This document shows positions 51,579 through 60,733 of a stretch of 64,000 nucleotides of DNA, in pieces. Origin of the DNA: an uncultured Planctomycetota bacterium (GTDB lineage Bacteria > Planctomycetota > PLA2 > JAEUHO01); contig CAVYXV010000004.1 in assembly GCA_963772585.1 (NCBI GenBank), positions 275,375 to 339,374 on the forward strand, written 5' to 3'. A model generated the notes under the pieces. It did not search any database. It saw nothing but the letters and a program-made list of their open reading frames with translations, and had not been told where the DNA came from. How positions within the stretch are numbered: the first letter of the stretch is position 1; the number at the start of each line of letters is the position of its first letter. Both the position numbers and the translations under genes were made by a program.

Positions 51579-53957
51579 CTACGCGGGGCCGGCGATCGCG
51601 TCGAGGATCCGGCCGGCGACGGCCTTGGCCCGTTCGCCCACCTCGCCACGTGGGCCGACGCAGCTCGGACAGCCGTCCGGGCAGGGACACGCGGCCAGCC
51701 GCCGCCGGGCGCCGCGGAGCAGGTCGCCCATCCGCGGATGGAGGGCCTCGGCGAGGCCGATGCCGCCCGAGTACTGGTCGTAGAGGAACACCGTCGGCTC
51801 GAAGCGGTCCAGGGCCGGCGGCTCGGGGGAGGGGTGGCCCGGGTAGGGCGGCCGCGAGAACCACTCGCGGGAGCGGTCGCCGATGACGACGCCGAGATCG
51901 CGTCCGTCGCACATGAGCAGGAGCGAGGCGAGGCCGTGCGCCAGGTGGGCCATCCCGTGCAACGCGTCCTGCACGTCGCTGGCCGACACGCCGAGCTCGC
52001 GGATGACCCCGTTCGGAACGGTGAACCACGCGGCCTGGGTGTGGTAGGTGTCTTCGGGGAGCAGGACGTCGCCCCAGCCGAGGTTCTCCTGCGTGTAGAA
52101 CTTGATCTTCTTGTAGCCCACGGCCTTGCGGACGACCTGCACCTCGCCGTACTCGACGGGCGCGGCGTCGTCTTCGCGGGCGTCCCGCAGGACGTGAAGG
52201 ATCTTGACCTGGGCGTAGCTCAGCGCGTCCGTGTAGTACTCGGAGTCCACGCGGCGGACGAAGGCCTTGCGGCGCTCCCAGTCGAGCTTGTCCACGTGGT
52301 ACTGCTCGGACTGCACCATGTAGATGGCGCCCTCGTGGATCGTCGTGAAGGCCCAGGCGTAGTCCACTTCGGCGATGACCTCGTTCCGGTCGTTCGTGGT
52401 GTCCACGACGACGAAGTTCGTGGAGGTGACGCTCCGCAACGACAGGTCGTTGGCGGGGTAGGCGTCGGCCGACCAGTGCCAGCGTCCCCCGGTGTGCCGT
52501 AGGCGCCCCTCCTCCTCCAGGTAGGCGAGGATCTCGGGGACGTCCTCGGCCCCCTCGCCCTCGGCGTAGCGCTCGCCGTCCTCCACGGGAAGCTCGAACG
52601 CGGCGCACTTGAGGTGGCTCGCCAGGATCTGGAGGTTGTTCGGGTTGACCTGCGCGCACTCCGGCGAGGCGTCGAGGAGGAAGCCGGGATGGTCCGCGAG
52701 GTACTGGTCGAGCGGGTGGCTCCGCAGCACGAGGACGGCGGCGCTGGCGCCCTGCCGGCGCCCCGCGCGGCCGGCCTGCTGGCGGGTGCTCGCCACGGTG
52801 CCGGGGTAGCCCGCGATGACGCAGGCGTCGAGGGATCCGATGTCGATCCCGAGCTCCAGGGCGTTCGTGGACACGACGCCGAGGATCGACCCGTCGCGCA
52901 GGCCCCGCTCGATGGCCCGGCGCTCCCGAGGGAGGTACCCGCCGCGGTAGCCGACGACCCTCGGATGCGGGTCGATGTCGCGTCGGAAGAGGTCCTTCAG
53001 GTACTTCGTCATGACCTCGGTCGTGGTGCGCGCGCCGGCGAAGACGATCGTGTGGATCCGCGAGGACAGGAACCGTGTTGCGACCTCGCGGGCAACGCGC
53101 AGGTACGAGGCCCTCAAGCCCAACGCGGGATTGACGAGCGGGGGATTCACGATGAGGACGTGGCGCTCTCCGAGCGGCGCGCCGTTCTCCTCGACCACGG
53201 AGACCGGACGTTCGAGCAGACGCTCGGCGAGCTCCCGCGCGTTGCCGATGGTGGCGCTGGTCGCGACGAAGAGGGGGTCCGACCCGTGGAAGCGGCAGAT
53301 GCGCCGAAGCCTCCTCAGGACGTTCGCGAGGTGGCTGCCGAAGACCCCGCGGTAGGTGTGGAGTTCGTCGAGCACCACCATCTCGAGGTTCTCGAAGAGA
53401 CGCATCCACCGGGCGTGGTGGGGCAGGACGGCCGTGTGGAGCATGTCCGGGTTGGAGATCACGACCTGGGCGCGGTCGCGGATCACGCGGCGCTCACCCG
53501 GGGGGGTGTCGCCGTCGTAGACGGCCGCGGCGAGATCGCCGGTTGCCGCCTCCATGAGCGCCTGCAACTCCGCCGCCTGGTCGCGGGCCAGGGCTTTCGT
53601 CGGGAAGAGGTAGAGCGCCCGGGCCCCCGGGCGTCGGACGAGCGCCTCGAGGACCGGGAGGTTGTAGCAGAGGGTCTTCCCGCTCGCCGTGGGCGTGACG
53701 ACGACGGTATCGCGGCTCGCGGCGATCCCGTCGTAGGCCTCCCTCTGGTGGCGGTAGAGCCGCTCGATGCCGCGCGAGGCCAACGCGGCCCGCAAGCGCT
53801 CGTCGAGGCCCTCGGGCAGGTCCGCCCAGACGGCTTCGGTGGCCGGCTCCACGCGGTGGACGACCACCCCTTCGCCCAGGAAGGGGTCCCCGAGGATGGT
53901 CTCGACGACCCGGCGGACGTCCTTCGCGGCGACCGGGCCGGACGCGGCCTTCGCCAT
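51579..53957 (-). CDS. DEAD/DEAH-box helicase of the YprA/MrfA type with a C-terminal DUF1998-like four-Cys module
   Basis: Motif I TPTASGKT, DEAD-like VVLDELH, motif III SAT, motif VI QQAGRAGRR, and a C-terminal CPCPDGCPSCV cysteine cluster after ...LYDQYSGGIGLAE.... ATG start at 53957 (MAKAASGPVAAKDV...). Confidence 0.8.
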   Translation of the reverse strand: MAKAASGPVAAKDVRRVVETILGDPFLGEGVVVHRVEPATEAVWADLPEGLDERLRAALASRGIERLYRHQREAYDGIAASRDTVVVTPTASGKTLCYNLPVLEALVRRPGARALYLFPTKALARDQAAELQALMEAATGDLAAAVYDGDTPPGERRVIRDRAQVVISNPDMLHTAVLPHHARWMRLFENLEMVVLDELHTYRGVFGSHLANVLRRLRRICRFHGSDPLFVATSATIGNARELAERLLERPVSVVEENGAPLGERHVLIVNPPLVNPALGLRASYLRVAREVATRFLSSRIHTIVFAGARTTTEVMTKYLKDLFRRDIDPHPRVVGYRGGYLPRERRAIERGLRDGSILGVVSTNALELGIDIGSLDACVIAGYPGTVASTRQQAGRAGRRQGASAAVLVLRSHPLDQYLADHPGFLLDASPECAQVNPNNLQILASHLKCAAFELPVEDGERYAEGEGAEDVPEILAYLEEEGRLRHTGGRWHWSADAYPANDLSLRSVTSTNFVVVDTTNDRNEVIAEVDYAWAFTTIHEGAIYMVQSEQYHVDKLDWERRKAFVRRVDSEYYTDALSYAQVKILHVLRDAREDDAAPVEYGEVQVVRKAVGYKKIKFYTQENLGWGDVLLPEDTYHTQAAWFTVPNGVIRELGVSASDVQDALHGMAHLAHGLASLLLMCDGRDLGVVIGDRSREWFSRPPYPGHPSPEPPALDRFEPTVFLYDQYSGGIGLAEALHPRMGDLLRGARRRLAACPCPDGCPSCVGPRGEVGERAKAVAGRILDAIAGPA

Positions 53958-54093
53958 CGGCGCTCCCGGCACGGGTCCCCGGGTGCGGACCTTCCGCCCC
54001 CGTTGGTCCCGGTCACCCGAGCATACGGGCTGGTGGGGACGCCCCCGACGCCCGTGAGGAACCCTGCCGGCCCGTGGTATCACCCCCGGACGC

Positions 54094-54912
54094 ATGGTTC
54101 GTAGCAAACGCCGCCGCACCGCCTCCGCCGTCTTCCTGCGTCCCGAGGAGATCGAGCGGATGCGGGTGGTCGGCCGGCTCGCCGCCGACATCCTGGCCGC
54201 GATCGAGCCGATGGTCCGGCCCGGAGTCAGCACCGAGGAGATCGACGTGGAGGTCGATGCCCTCACCCGCGCCGCCGGCGCCGTCAGCGCCCCGATGAAC
54301 TATCCCTACGGTGGACCGAACCCGTTCCCGAAGCACTGCTGCACCTCGGTCAACGAGGTCGTCTGCCACGGCATCCCGGACCCCAACCACCTCCTCCGGG
54401 AGGGCGACATCGTCAACGTGGACGTCACGCCCCGCCTGGGCGGCTACCACGGCGACACGTCGAAGACCTTCCTGGTGGGCGAGGTGGATCCGGAGACGCG
54501 CGCGCTCGTCGAGGACACCTTCGAGGCGATGCGCCGCGGCATCGCCATGGTCCGCCCGGGCAACCGGCTCGGCGACATCGGCTACGCGATCCAGAGCTTC
54601 GCGGAGTCGAAGGGCCACTCCGTGGTGCGCCAGTTCGCCGGCCACGGCATCGGCAAGATCTTCCACGGCCCGCCGACCATCTCGCACACCGGTCTGCCGG
54701 GGACGGGGCTCGAGCTGGAGCCCGGGATGACGTTCACGATCGAGCCCATGATCAACCAGGGGCACTGGCGCTGCGAGGTGCTGCCCGATCACTGGACGGC
54801 GATCACCTGCGACCACTCGCTCTCCGCCCAGTTCGAGCACACCGTGGTGGTGACGGAGGACGGCGTGGACGTGCTCACGCTGAGGGACGGCGAGACGTTC
54901 GATCTCGACTGA
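54094..54912 (+). CDS. map: type I methionine aminopeptidase
   Basis: ...EEIERMRVVGRLAADIL... and metal ligands in ...DIVNVDVT...GYHGD...HGIGK...TFTIEPMI...QFEHTVVVTEDG...: pita-bread fold with a complete D, D, H, E, E ligand set. Confidence 0.85.
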   Translation: MVRSKRRRTASAVFLRPEEIERMRVVGRLAADILAAIEPMVRPGVSTEEIDVEVDALTRAAGAVSAPMNYPYGGPNPFPKHCCTSVNEVVCHGIPDPNHLLREGDIVNVDVTPRLGGYHGDTSKTFLVGEVDPETRALVEDTFEAMRRGIAMVRPGNRLGDIGYAIQSFAESKGHSVVRQFAGHGIGKIFHGPPTISHTGLPGTGLELEPGMTFTIEPMINQGHWRCEVLPDHWTAITCDHSLSAQFEHTVVVTEDGVDVLTLRDGETFDLD

Positions 54913-54960
54913 CGGCGGCTCCCCGCATACCCTGCGGGCTTCTCTCCGCCGGAGCGGCCG

Positions 54961-56478
54961 ATGTTCGACGAGTTGCGCGAGATCCGGATCGAGAAGCTCG
55001 AGGCCATGCGGGCCGCCGGGATCCGGCCCTACGCCGAGCGCTTTCCCCGCACCCACACGCTGGCCCAGGCGGGGGCCCTCGCGGAGAAGGCCGGCGGTGG
55101 GGAGGGCCCCGAGACCGTGCGCGTGGCCGGCCGGGTGCTGACGATCCGGTCCTTCGGGAAGCTCTGCTTCTTCCACCTCCAGGACGCATCCGGCCGCCTG
55201 CAGGTCGCGCTGGACGCCCGGCGCGTCGGCCCCGAGGTGATGGAGTCCTTCGCCCGCTTCGTGGACATGGGCGACCACGTCGGCGTCGAAGGCGAGCCCG
55301 GCACGACCCGCAAGGGCGAGCCCACGGTCTGGGCCGACTCGTGGACGTTCCTCTCCAAGGCGCTCCGCCCGCTGCCCGAGAAGTGGCGCGGCCTCAAGGA
55401 CGTCGAGGCACGCCAGCGCGACCGCGTGCTCGACCTCGTCAGCAACCCGGCCACGCGGGAGCGGTTCCGGCTGCGCTCGCGCCTCGTCCGCGAGCTGCGC
55501 GCGTACCTCGACGACCACGACTTCGAGGAGGTGGAGACCCCCATCCTCCAGACGAAGGCGTCGGGGGCTCTCGCCCGCCCGTTCCTGACCCATCACAACG
55601 CCCTCGACATCGGGCTCGTGCTCCGCATCGCGCCCGAGACGTGGCTGAAGCAGTGCGTCGCCGGCGGCATGGACCGCGTGTACGAGGTGGCCCGGTGCTT
55701 CCGCAACGAGGGCATGGACCCTTCGCATCTCCAGGATTTCACGATGGTGGAGTGGTACGCGGCCTACTGGAACTTCGAGGACAACATGGCGTTCACGGAG
55801 GGTCTCCTGCTCCACCTCCTCGATACGGTCGTGGGCGCGCGGACGATCGTCCACGGCGGAACGACGATCGACTTCACGCCCCCGTGGCCGCGACGGACCA
55901 TGCGCGAGGTGATCCTGCAGGACTCCGGGATCGACTACGAGGCGCACCCCGACGCCGCGTCGCTCCTCGCCAGGATCCGGGAGCAGGGCATCGAGCTGGA
56001 GCGGGGGGACGTGGCGACGATGTCCCGCGGTTCCCTGATCGACCAGCTCTACAAGAAGGTCTCCCGGCCCCGGCTCGTGGACCCCGTGTTCCTCACCGGC
56101 CACCCCCTCGATCTCTCCCCCCTCGCCCGCCGCAGTGACGAGGACCCCGGCCGCGTGGATCGCTACCAGCTCGTGGCGCGCGGCTGGGAGATCGTCAACG
56201 CCTACTCCGAGCTGGTGGACCCCCTCGACCAGCGGGCGCGCTTCGAGGCGCAGGCCGCGGCGAGGGCCGCCGGGGACGAGGAGGCGCTCGAGGTGGACGA
56301 GGACTACCTCCGGACGATGGAGTACGGCATGCCTCCGATGAGCGGCTGGGGCATGGGGGTCGATCGCCTCGTCGCGCTGCTGACCGACCAGGACAACCTG
56401 CGCGAGACCGTGCTCTTCCCCCTCCTGAAGCCCATCGAGGGCGAGCCGGAGGCCGACGAGTACGACGGATCGGCGTGA
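54961..56478 (+). CDS. lysS: lysine--tRNA ligase (class II)
   Basis: N-terminal OB anticodon-binding domain (...VRVAGRVLTIRSFGKLCFFHLQD...), class II motif 1 (...DFEEVETPILQ...), motif 2 (...FRNEGMDPSHLQDFTMVEWY...), motif 3 (...GWGMGVDRLVALL...). Confidence 0.9.
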   Translation: MFDELREIRIEKLEAMRAAGIRPYAERFPRTHTLAQAGALAEKAGGGEGPETVRVAGRVLTIRSFGKLCFFHLQDASGRLQVALDARRVGPEVMESFARFVDMGDHVGVEGEPGTTRKGEPTVWADSWTFLSKALRPLPEKWRGLKDVEARQRDRVLDLVSNPATRERFRLRSRLVRELRAYLDDHDFEEVETPILQTKASGALARPFLTHHNALDIGLVLRIAPETWLKQCVAGGMDRVYEVARCFRNEGMDPSHLQDFTMVEWYAAYWNFEDNMAFTEGLLLHLLDTVVGARTIVHGGTTIDFTPPWPRRTMREVILQDSGIDYEAHPDAASLLARIREQGIELERGDVATMSRGSLIDQLYKKVSRPRLVDPVFLTGHPLDLSPLARRSDEDPGRVDRYQLVARGWEIVNAYSELVDPLDQRARFEAQAAARAAGDEEALEVDEDYLRTMEYGMPPMSGWGMGVDRLVALLTDQDNLRETVLFPLLKPIEGEPEADEYDGSA

Positions 56479-57188
56479 CCACGAAGCCCCGTCGCGATCC
56501 GACCGTCCGACCCGCGGGCACGGTCGTCCTCGTGCACGGGATCTGGATGAGCGGGCTCGACCTCTGGCCGCTGAGGTGGCGCCTGGCTCGCGCGGGCTTT
56601 CGCACGCACGTGTTCCGGTATCCGAGTCTGCGGCGGACGCCCGCGGCGAACGCCCGGAGGCTCTCGACCTTCGTGCGCTCGCTCGCGACCTCTCCCGTGC
56701 ACCTGCTGGGGCACAGCCTGGGCGGCATCGTGATCCTCCACGCCCTCGCGCACCCGGGGCCGGCGCCCTCGGAACCGCTGCCGCCCGGGCGGATCGCCCT
56801 CCTCGGGAGCCCGGTCCGCGGAAGCGCGGTCGCGCGGGCCCTGGCCCGGCATCCCTTCGTCCGGCCCTGGTCGCTTGGGCGGAGCGTCGAGCGCGGTCTG
56901 CTGGGCGGCGCGCCGCTCGACGCCGCCGGTCGCGACGTGCTGACGATCGCGGGCGCGCGGCCGTACGGCATCGGACGCTTCCTCGCGCACCTTCCCGAGC
57001 CGCACGACGGCACGGTCGGCGTCGCGGAGACCCGCCTCGCGTGCCCGGCCGCGGCTCGCGTCCTGGACGTGACGCACACGGGTCTCCTCGTCTCGCAGGC
57101 GGTCGCCGCGCTCGTCGCCGCCTTCTTCGCGGGCGGCGCGGCGGAGGCCGTCCACCTCGGCAGAAGCAGGACCGCCCCGGCTCCGTGA
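56475..57188 (+). CDS. alpha/beta-fold hydrolase (putative esterase/lipase)
   Basis: The GTG start overlaps the lysS stop. ...VVLVHGIWMSG... and the nucleophile elbow LLGHSLGG, with downstream Asp/His candidates. 237 aa. Confidence 0.6.
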   Translation: MTTKPRRDPTVRPAGTVVLVHGIWMSGLDLWPLRWRLARAGFRTHVFRYPSLRRTPAANARRLSTFVRSLATSPVHLLGHSLGGIVILHALAHPGPAPSEPLPPGRIALLGSPVRGSAVARALARHPFVRPWSLGRSVERGLLGGAPLDAAGRDVLTIAGARPYGIGRFLAHLPEPHDGTVGVAETRLACPAAARVLDVTHTGLLVSQAVAALVAAFFAGGAAEAVHLGRSRTAPAP

Positions 57189-57350
57189 GCCCACCGCCGG
57201 TCAACGGCCACCGCTCCCGCTCCCCGAAGGCGGATGCGGCGAACGACGACCGGGCCCGGCGCCAGCCGGCACAGCGGCTGCCGGTCGGGATGCCCCGCTC
57301 GCGCGGCCGCTCCCCACCGTCGAGGGTCGCCTCGTCCCTATCATGCGCCG

Positions 57351-58991
57351 GTGTCCCGCGGCGCCCTCCCGTCGGCTTCCCCGCGAAGGAACGGCCTCCG
57401 GTTGCTCCTCCTCGCACTCCTCCTCGCCGCGCTCGCCATCCCGGTCCTCCGGGGCTTGGGCCGGCAGGATGGGGGCCTGTCGCATGCCGTCTCCCCCGAG
57501 GCGGGGACCTCGTCCACCGGGGCCCCTCCCGAGACGGGAGCGGGGCACCTCGTCGGCCTTGCGGAGAAGCCGGCTCCCGTCGCCCCGAGGTCCACGGAGG
57601 GCTCACCAAGCGCGAGGGACGCCGTCCTCGTCGAGGTCGTGGACGAGGACGGGAAGGCCCTCGCGGGGGTCGAGGTCTTCGAGGCCGATCTCGACGCCCG
57701 CGTGGTCGCTCGCCGGGGCGAGGCGGCGGCGACCGACGCGCACGGCCTCGCCCGCGTGACCCTCGCCGCCGGGGACGGCGGCGGCCAGCAACCCCGCTTC
57801 GTCGCGGTGGCACCGCCGCCGCCTTGGTACGCGCCGTTCCCCCTGTCGGCCGCCCCCGGCGCACGCGTCCGCTTCGTCGTGCACCGGGGGCAGGACCTCG
57901 CCCTCCGCTTCGAGGACGCCGAGGGCGATCCGGTCGCCGGCCATGACGTGGTCGCGAAGTGGACCGGCGCCCACCTCGATGGCCAGCGCTTCGGCCACAC
58001 GGACGCCGAGGGCCGTGTCCGGCTCCGCTTCCCCGGCGAGGCCACGGACGTCGTCGTGGCCGTGAATCCACGTGGCACCGTGGTCTGGTGGGCGGAACCT
58101 CGTACGTTCCGGCTTCCGGTGCCGAAGGAAGCGATCGTGCGGTTGAGGGCGCGCGGGCCCATCTCGGGTCGCGTCGTCGGACCGGGGGGGCGTCGGGCAT
58201 GGGCCGTCGAGGCCCGTGTCGACGGATCCCCCTGGTCTCCCGACTCTCCCCTGGCGGCCTTCACGGACCAGGGGTGGGTTCCCGCCATCTTCCTGTCGAC
58301 CGACGACGACGGCACGTTCCGCTTCGGGGACCTTCCCGGCGTAGCCCACAGCCTCCGGGTCGTCCATCTCGATCCCGCCGTCTTCCGTTCCGAGCCGGTC
58401 CACGCACGGCCGCCCGATGCGGACGTCACCCTCCGCGTCGTCGCCGTGCCCGAATCGGAACGTAGGGATCTGGTCGTCGACACGAGTCCCCCCGCCGAAG
58501 GACCCTACTGGCGCGCCGCATGGTACGGCGCGGACGGTGCCGAACAGCACACCGGGGCCTACGAGGGGCGCTTCACCTTCCGCGGGCTCGCCTCCTCCGG
58601 CCAGGGCACGGTGGTGGTCCTCCGCCGCAACCGCCCCGAGGCCCCGATGGCCCTGCGCACACCCGTGGACGCGGCCGCCGGCACCGTCCGCCTGTATCTG
58701 GAGTCGCCCTGCGTCATCCGCGGGCGCATCCGCGGACAACCTCCGCTCCCGGGCTACGACGGTTGGGTCGAGGCCCGCGGCCCCCATGGCTTCGAGCGGC
58801 ACACCGCGAGCCGCCCGGACGGCGGCTTTTCGATCGAGGGTCTGCCGCGGGGCACGTACGCGATCGTCGCGCACCTGCGGCGCACCTACCCCAAGGGGCA
58901 GCACACCCTCCGGGAGACCCGCATCGAGAGCGTGCCGGCGGGCACGGACGACCTCGTCGTGGACCTCCGGCTCGCGGCCGATGCCGAGTGA
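57351..58991 (+). CDS. secreted protein with repeated carboxypeptidase-regulatory-like / Ig-like beta-sandwich modules (hypothetical)
   Basis: Hydrophobic LRLLLLALLLAALAIPVL near the N-terminus, then repeating ...VVDEDGKALAGVEVF..., ...FEDAEGDPVAGHDVV..., ...GRVVGPGG..., ...TDDDGTFRFGDLP..., ...SRPDGGFSIEGLPRGTY... blocks typical of CarboxypepD_reg/Cna-B-like domains. The start (GTG 57351) is uncertain. Confidence 0.5.
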   Translation: MSRGALPSASPRRNGLRLLLLALLLAALAIPVLRGLGRQDGGLSHAVSPEAGTSSTGAPPETGAGHLVGLAEKPAPVAPRSTEGSPSARDAVLVEVVDEDGKALAGVEVFEADLDARVVARRGEAAATDAHGLARVTLAAGDGGGQQPRFVAVAPPPPWYAPFPLSAAPGARVRFVVHRGQDLALRFEDAEGDPVAGHDVVAKWTGAHLDGQRFGHTDAEGRVRLRFPGEATDVVVAVNPRGTVVWWAEPRTFRLPVPKEAIVRLRARGPISGRVVGPGGRRAWAVEARVDGSPWSPDSPLAAFTDQGWVPAIFLSTDDDGTFRFGDLPGVAHSLRVVHLDPAVFRSEPVHARPPDADVTLRVVAVPESERRDLVVDTSPPAEGPYWRAAWYGADGAEQHTGAYEGRFTFRGLASSGQGTVVVLRRNRPEAPMALRTPVDAAAGTVRLYLESPCVIRGRIRGQPPLPGYDGWVEARGPHGFERHTASRPDGGFSIEGLPRGTYAIVAHLRRTYPKGQHTLRETRIESVPAGTDDLVVDLRLAADAE

Positions 58992-59026
58992 GGTACGCGG
59001 CGGAGGGGGCGGGTAGGCTCGGCCGC

Positions 59027-60733
59027 GTGGCGGGAGGACGCGACCCTGGTCCGGACGAGCGAGGACGCCGATGGCGCGCGGGGGCGGGCGTCTCTGTCGG
59101 GCTCGCCCTTCTCGCCTACGCCGCCGGGCTCGGCGGCCTCCACATCCCGCACATCGGCGACGAGGCGGTCTACCTGGCCATCGCCCGGAAGACCGCCGCG
59201 AGCGGGCACTGGCTCCCGCTGGAGACCGTCCAGGGGCTGGGGCAGACGAAGCCGCCGCTCCTCTTCTGGACGGGGATGGTCGCCGGCGCCTGGGGGGCGG
59301 CCTGGGACCTCTTCCGGCTCCGGCTTCCGATCGTCCTCTTCACCTTCGCCACGGCCGCGCTCGCCGGGTGGACGGCGGGGCGGGTCGCGAGGAGCGCGCG
59401 CGCGGGCGTTCTCGCCGCGTTCTCGTTCCTCGCGTTCTGGTCCACGTTCCAGTACGGGCGCCCCTTCCTCACGAACCTCCCGGAGACGTTCTTCGTCTTC
59501 CTCCCGTTCGCGGTGGCCCTCTCGAAGCCAACGCGTCTCGACGGCTGGCCCTTCTGGGTCCTCGCCGGCGTGTCCACGGGGCTCGCGTGCCTCGTGAAGT
59601 CGTTCGCGCTGGTTGTTCCTGTCGCCGTCGGCTTCGGGGCGTGGTTGCTGGTCCGGCGCCGCGGATCGTTCGCCGCGTTCCTCCGGCGGGACCTGGCGAA
59701 GGGGATCCTCGCGGCGGCGATCGCCCTCGGCCTCTTCGCGCTCTGGCCGCTCCTCGACCCGCACCCAAGGGCGATCCTCGACCAGTTCGTCCTGGGGGAA
59801 AACGTGGGGAAGGTCGGCGGCGGGTGGCTCCCGGGGCTGGTTTCACCGAGCCACGGCGCCTGGACGACGCTCCTCGGCGTCTTCTTCAACGCCGGCTTCC
59901 TCGCGCCCGCCGTCGTGTGGCTCGCGTGGGACGCGTGGCGGCGGCGGAGGGGGTGGAGCGAGGTCGAGACGGCGTGCTGGTTGCTCGTCCTCGCCTTCGT
60001 CGTCGTATTCACGCTTCCGAGCCACCGCCAGTCGAACTACCTGCTCCCCGCGATGCCCGCCGTCGCCGTGCTGCTGGCGCTCTCGTGGGAGCGGATCCCG
60101 ACGCCCTGGCTCGGCGCCACGGCGTTCGCCTCGGCGGTGGCGGCGCTCCTCGCGCTCCTCTTCCAGGTGGGCATCGCCGGCAGCGTCCTGCCCGCGGGCG
60201 CCTACGCCGGGTGGCAGATCGCCATTCCCGCGGCGACCGTCCTCCTCGCGGGCGCCGTCGCGATCCGGCCGCGCTTCGCTCCGCGCACCGTCCACGCGAT
60301 CGTCTTCCTCGTCTACCTCTCCATCGGAGCGGCGATCGCCCCCTTCGACGGGGACCTCGGGCGCTACGCCCCCGCCGAACTCCGGCGCGTGGCCGGCGCG
60401 ACGGTCTGGGTCCCGTCGAACTTCCGGGCGCGGGAGGAGCGCCACCGCTTCCTCCTGCCCGGCGCCGACGTGAAGCCCTATCCCGCGGACCGGGACGACA
60501 TCGCCCGCCGTCTCCTCGCGGAGGGGAAGACGGTCGCGTGGTCGGCCCCGGTAGGGGAGGCGCCGCCCGCGGGGACGGACGTTCTCGGCGGTCGCTTCGA
60601 CCTCCGCTCGCGGCAGACGCCGGAGGAGATCCGCGAGCTCGTCCTCGAACGGCGCTTCGGCGTGCTCGTCCAGCGTGAGATGCTGCTTCGCCGCGCCGAC
60701 GCGGGGGAGGACGCGCCCGGGGGGCCGCGATGA
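59027..60733 (+). CDS. GT39/GT83-type membrane glycosyltransferase (ArnT / PMT-like)
   Basis: ...HIPHIGDEAVYLAIARKTAASGHW...QTKPPLLFW... (the conserved DE loop-1 motif of ArnT/PMT enzymes), then 10 or more transmembrane helices and a C-terminal periplasmic domain. The start is tentative, at a GTG 36 nt after the previous stop. Confidence 0.65.
   Translation: MAGGRDPGPDERGRRWRAGAGVSVGLALLAYAAGLGGLHIPHIGDEAVYLAIARKTAASGHWLPLETVQGLGQTKPPLLFWTGMVAGAWGAAWDLFRLRLPIVLFTFATAALAGWTAGRVARSARAGVLAAFSFLAFWSTFQYGRPFLTNLPETFFVFLPFAVALSKPTRLDGWPFWVLAGVSTGLACLVKSFALVVPVAVGFGAWLLVRRRGSFAAFLRRDLAKGILAAAIALGLFALWPLLDPHPRAILDQFVLGENVGKVGGGWLPGLVSPSHGAWTTLLGVFFNAGFLAPAVVWLAWDAWRRRRGWSEVETACWLLVLAFVVVFTLPSHRQSNYLLPAMPAVAVLLALSWERIPTPWLGATAFASAVAALLALLFQVGIAGSVLPAGAYAGWQIAIPAATVLLAGAVAIRPRFAPRTVHAIVFLVYLSIGAAIAPFDGDLGRYAPAELRRVAGATVWVPSNFRAREERHRFLLPGADVKPYPADRDDIARRLLAEGKTVAWSAPVGEAPPAGTDVLGGRFDLRSRQTPEEIRELVLERRFGVLVQREMLLRRADAGEDAPGGPR

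Noticed and set aside
59071-60678. 535-aa ORF in an alternative frame across the GT39 gene
   Set aside because: Arg/Gly/Pro junk translation. The overlapping frame 59027-60733 gives the conserved ArnT/PMT loop motif and transmembrane helices.
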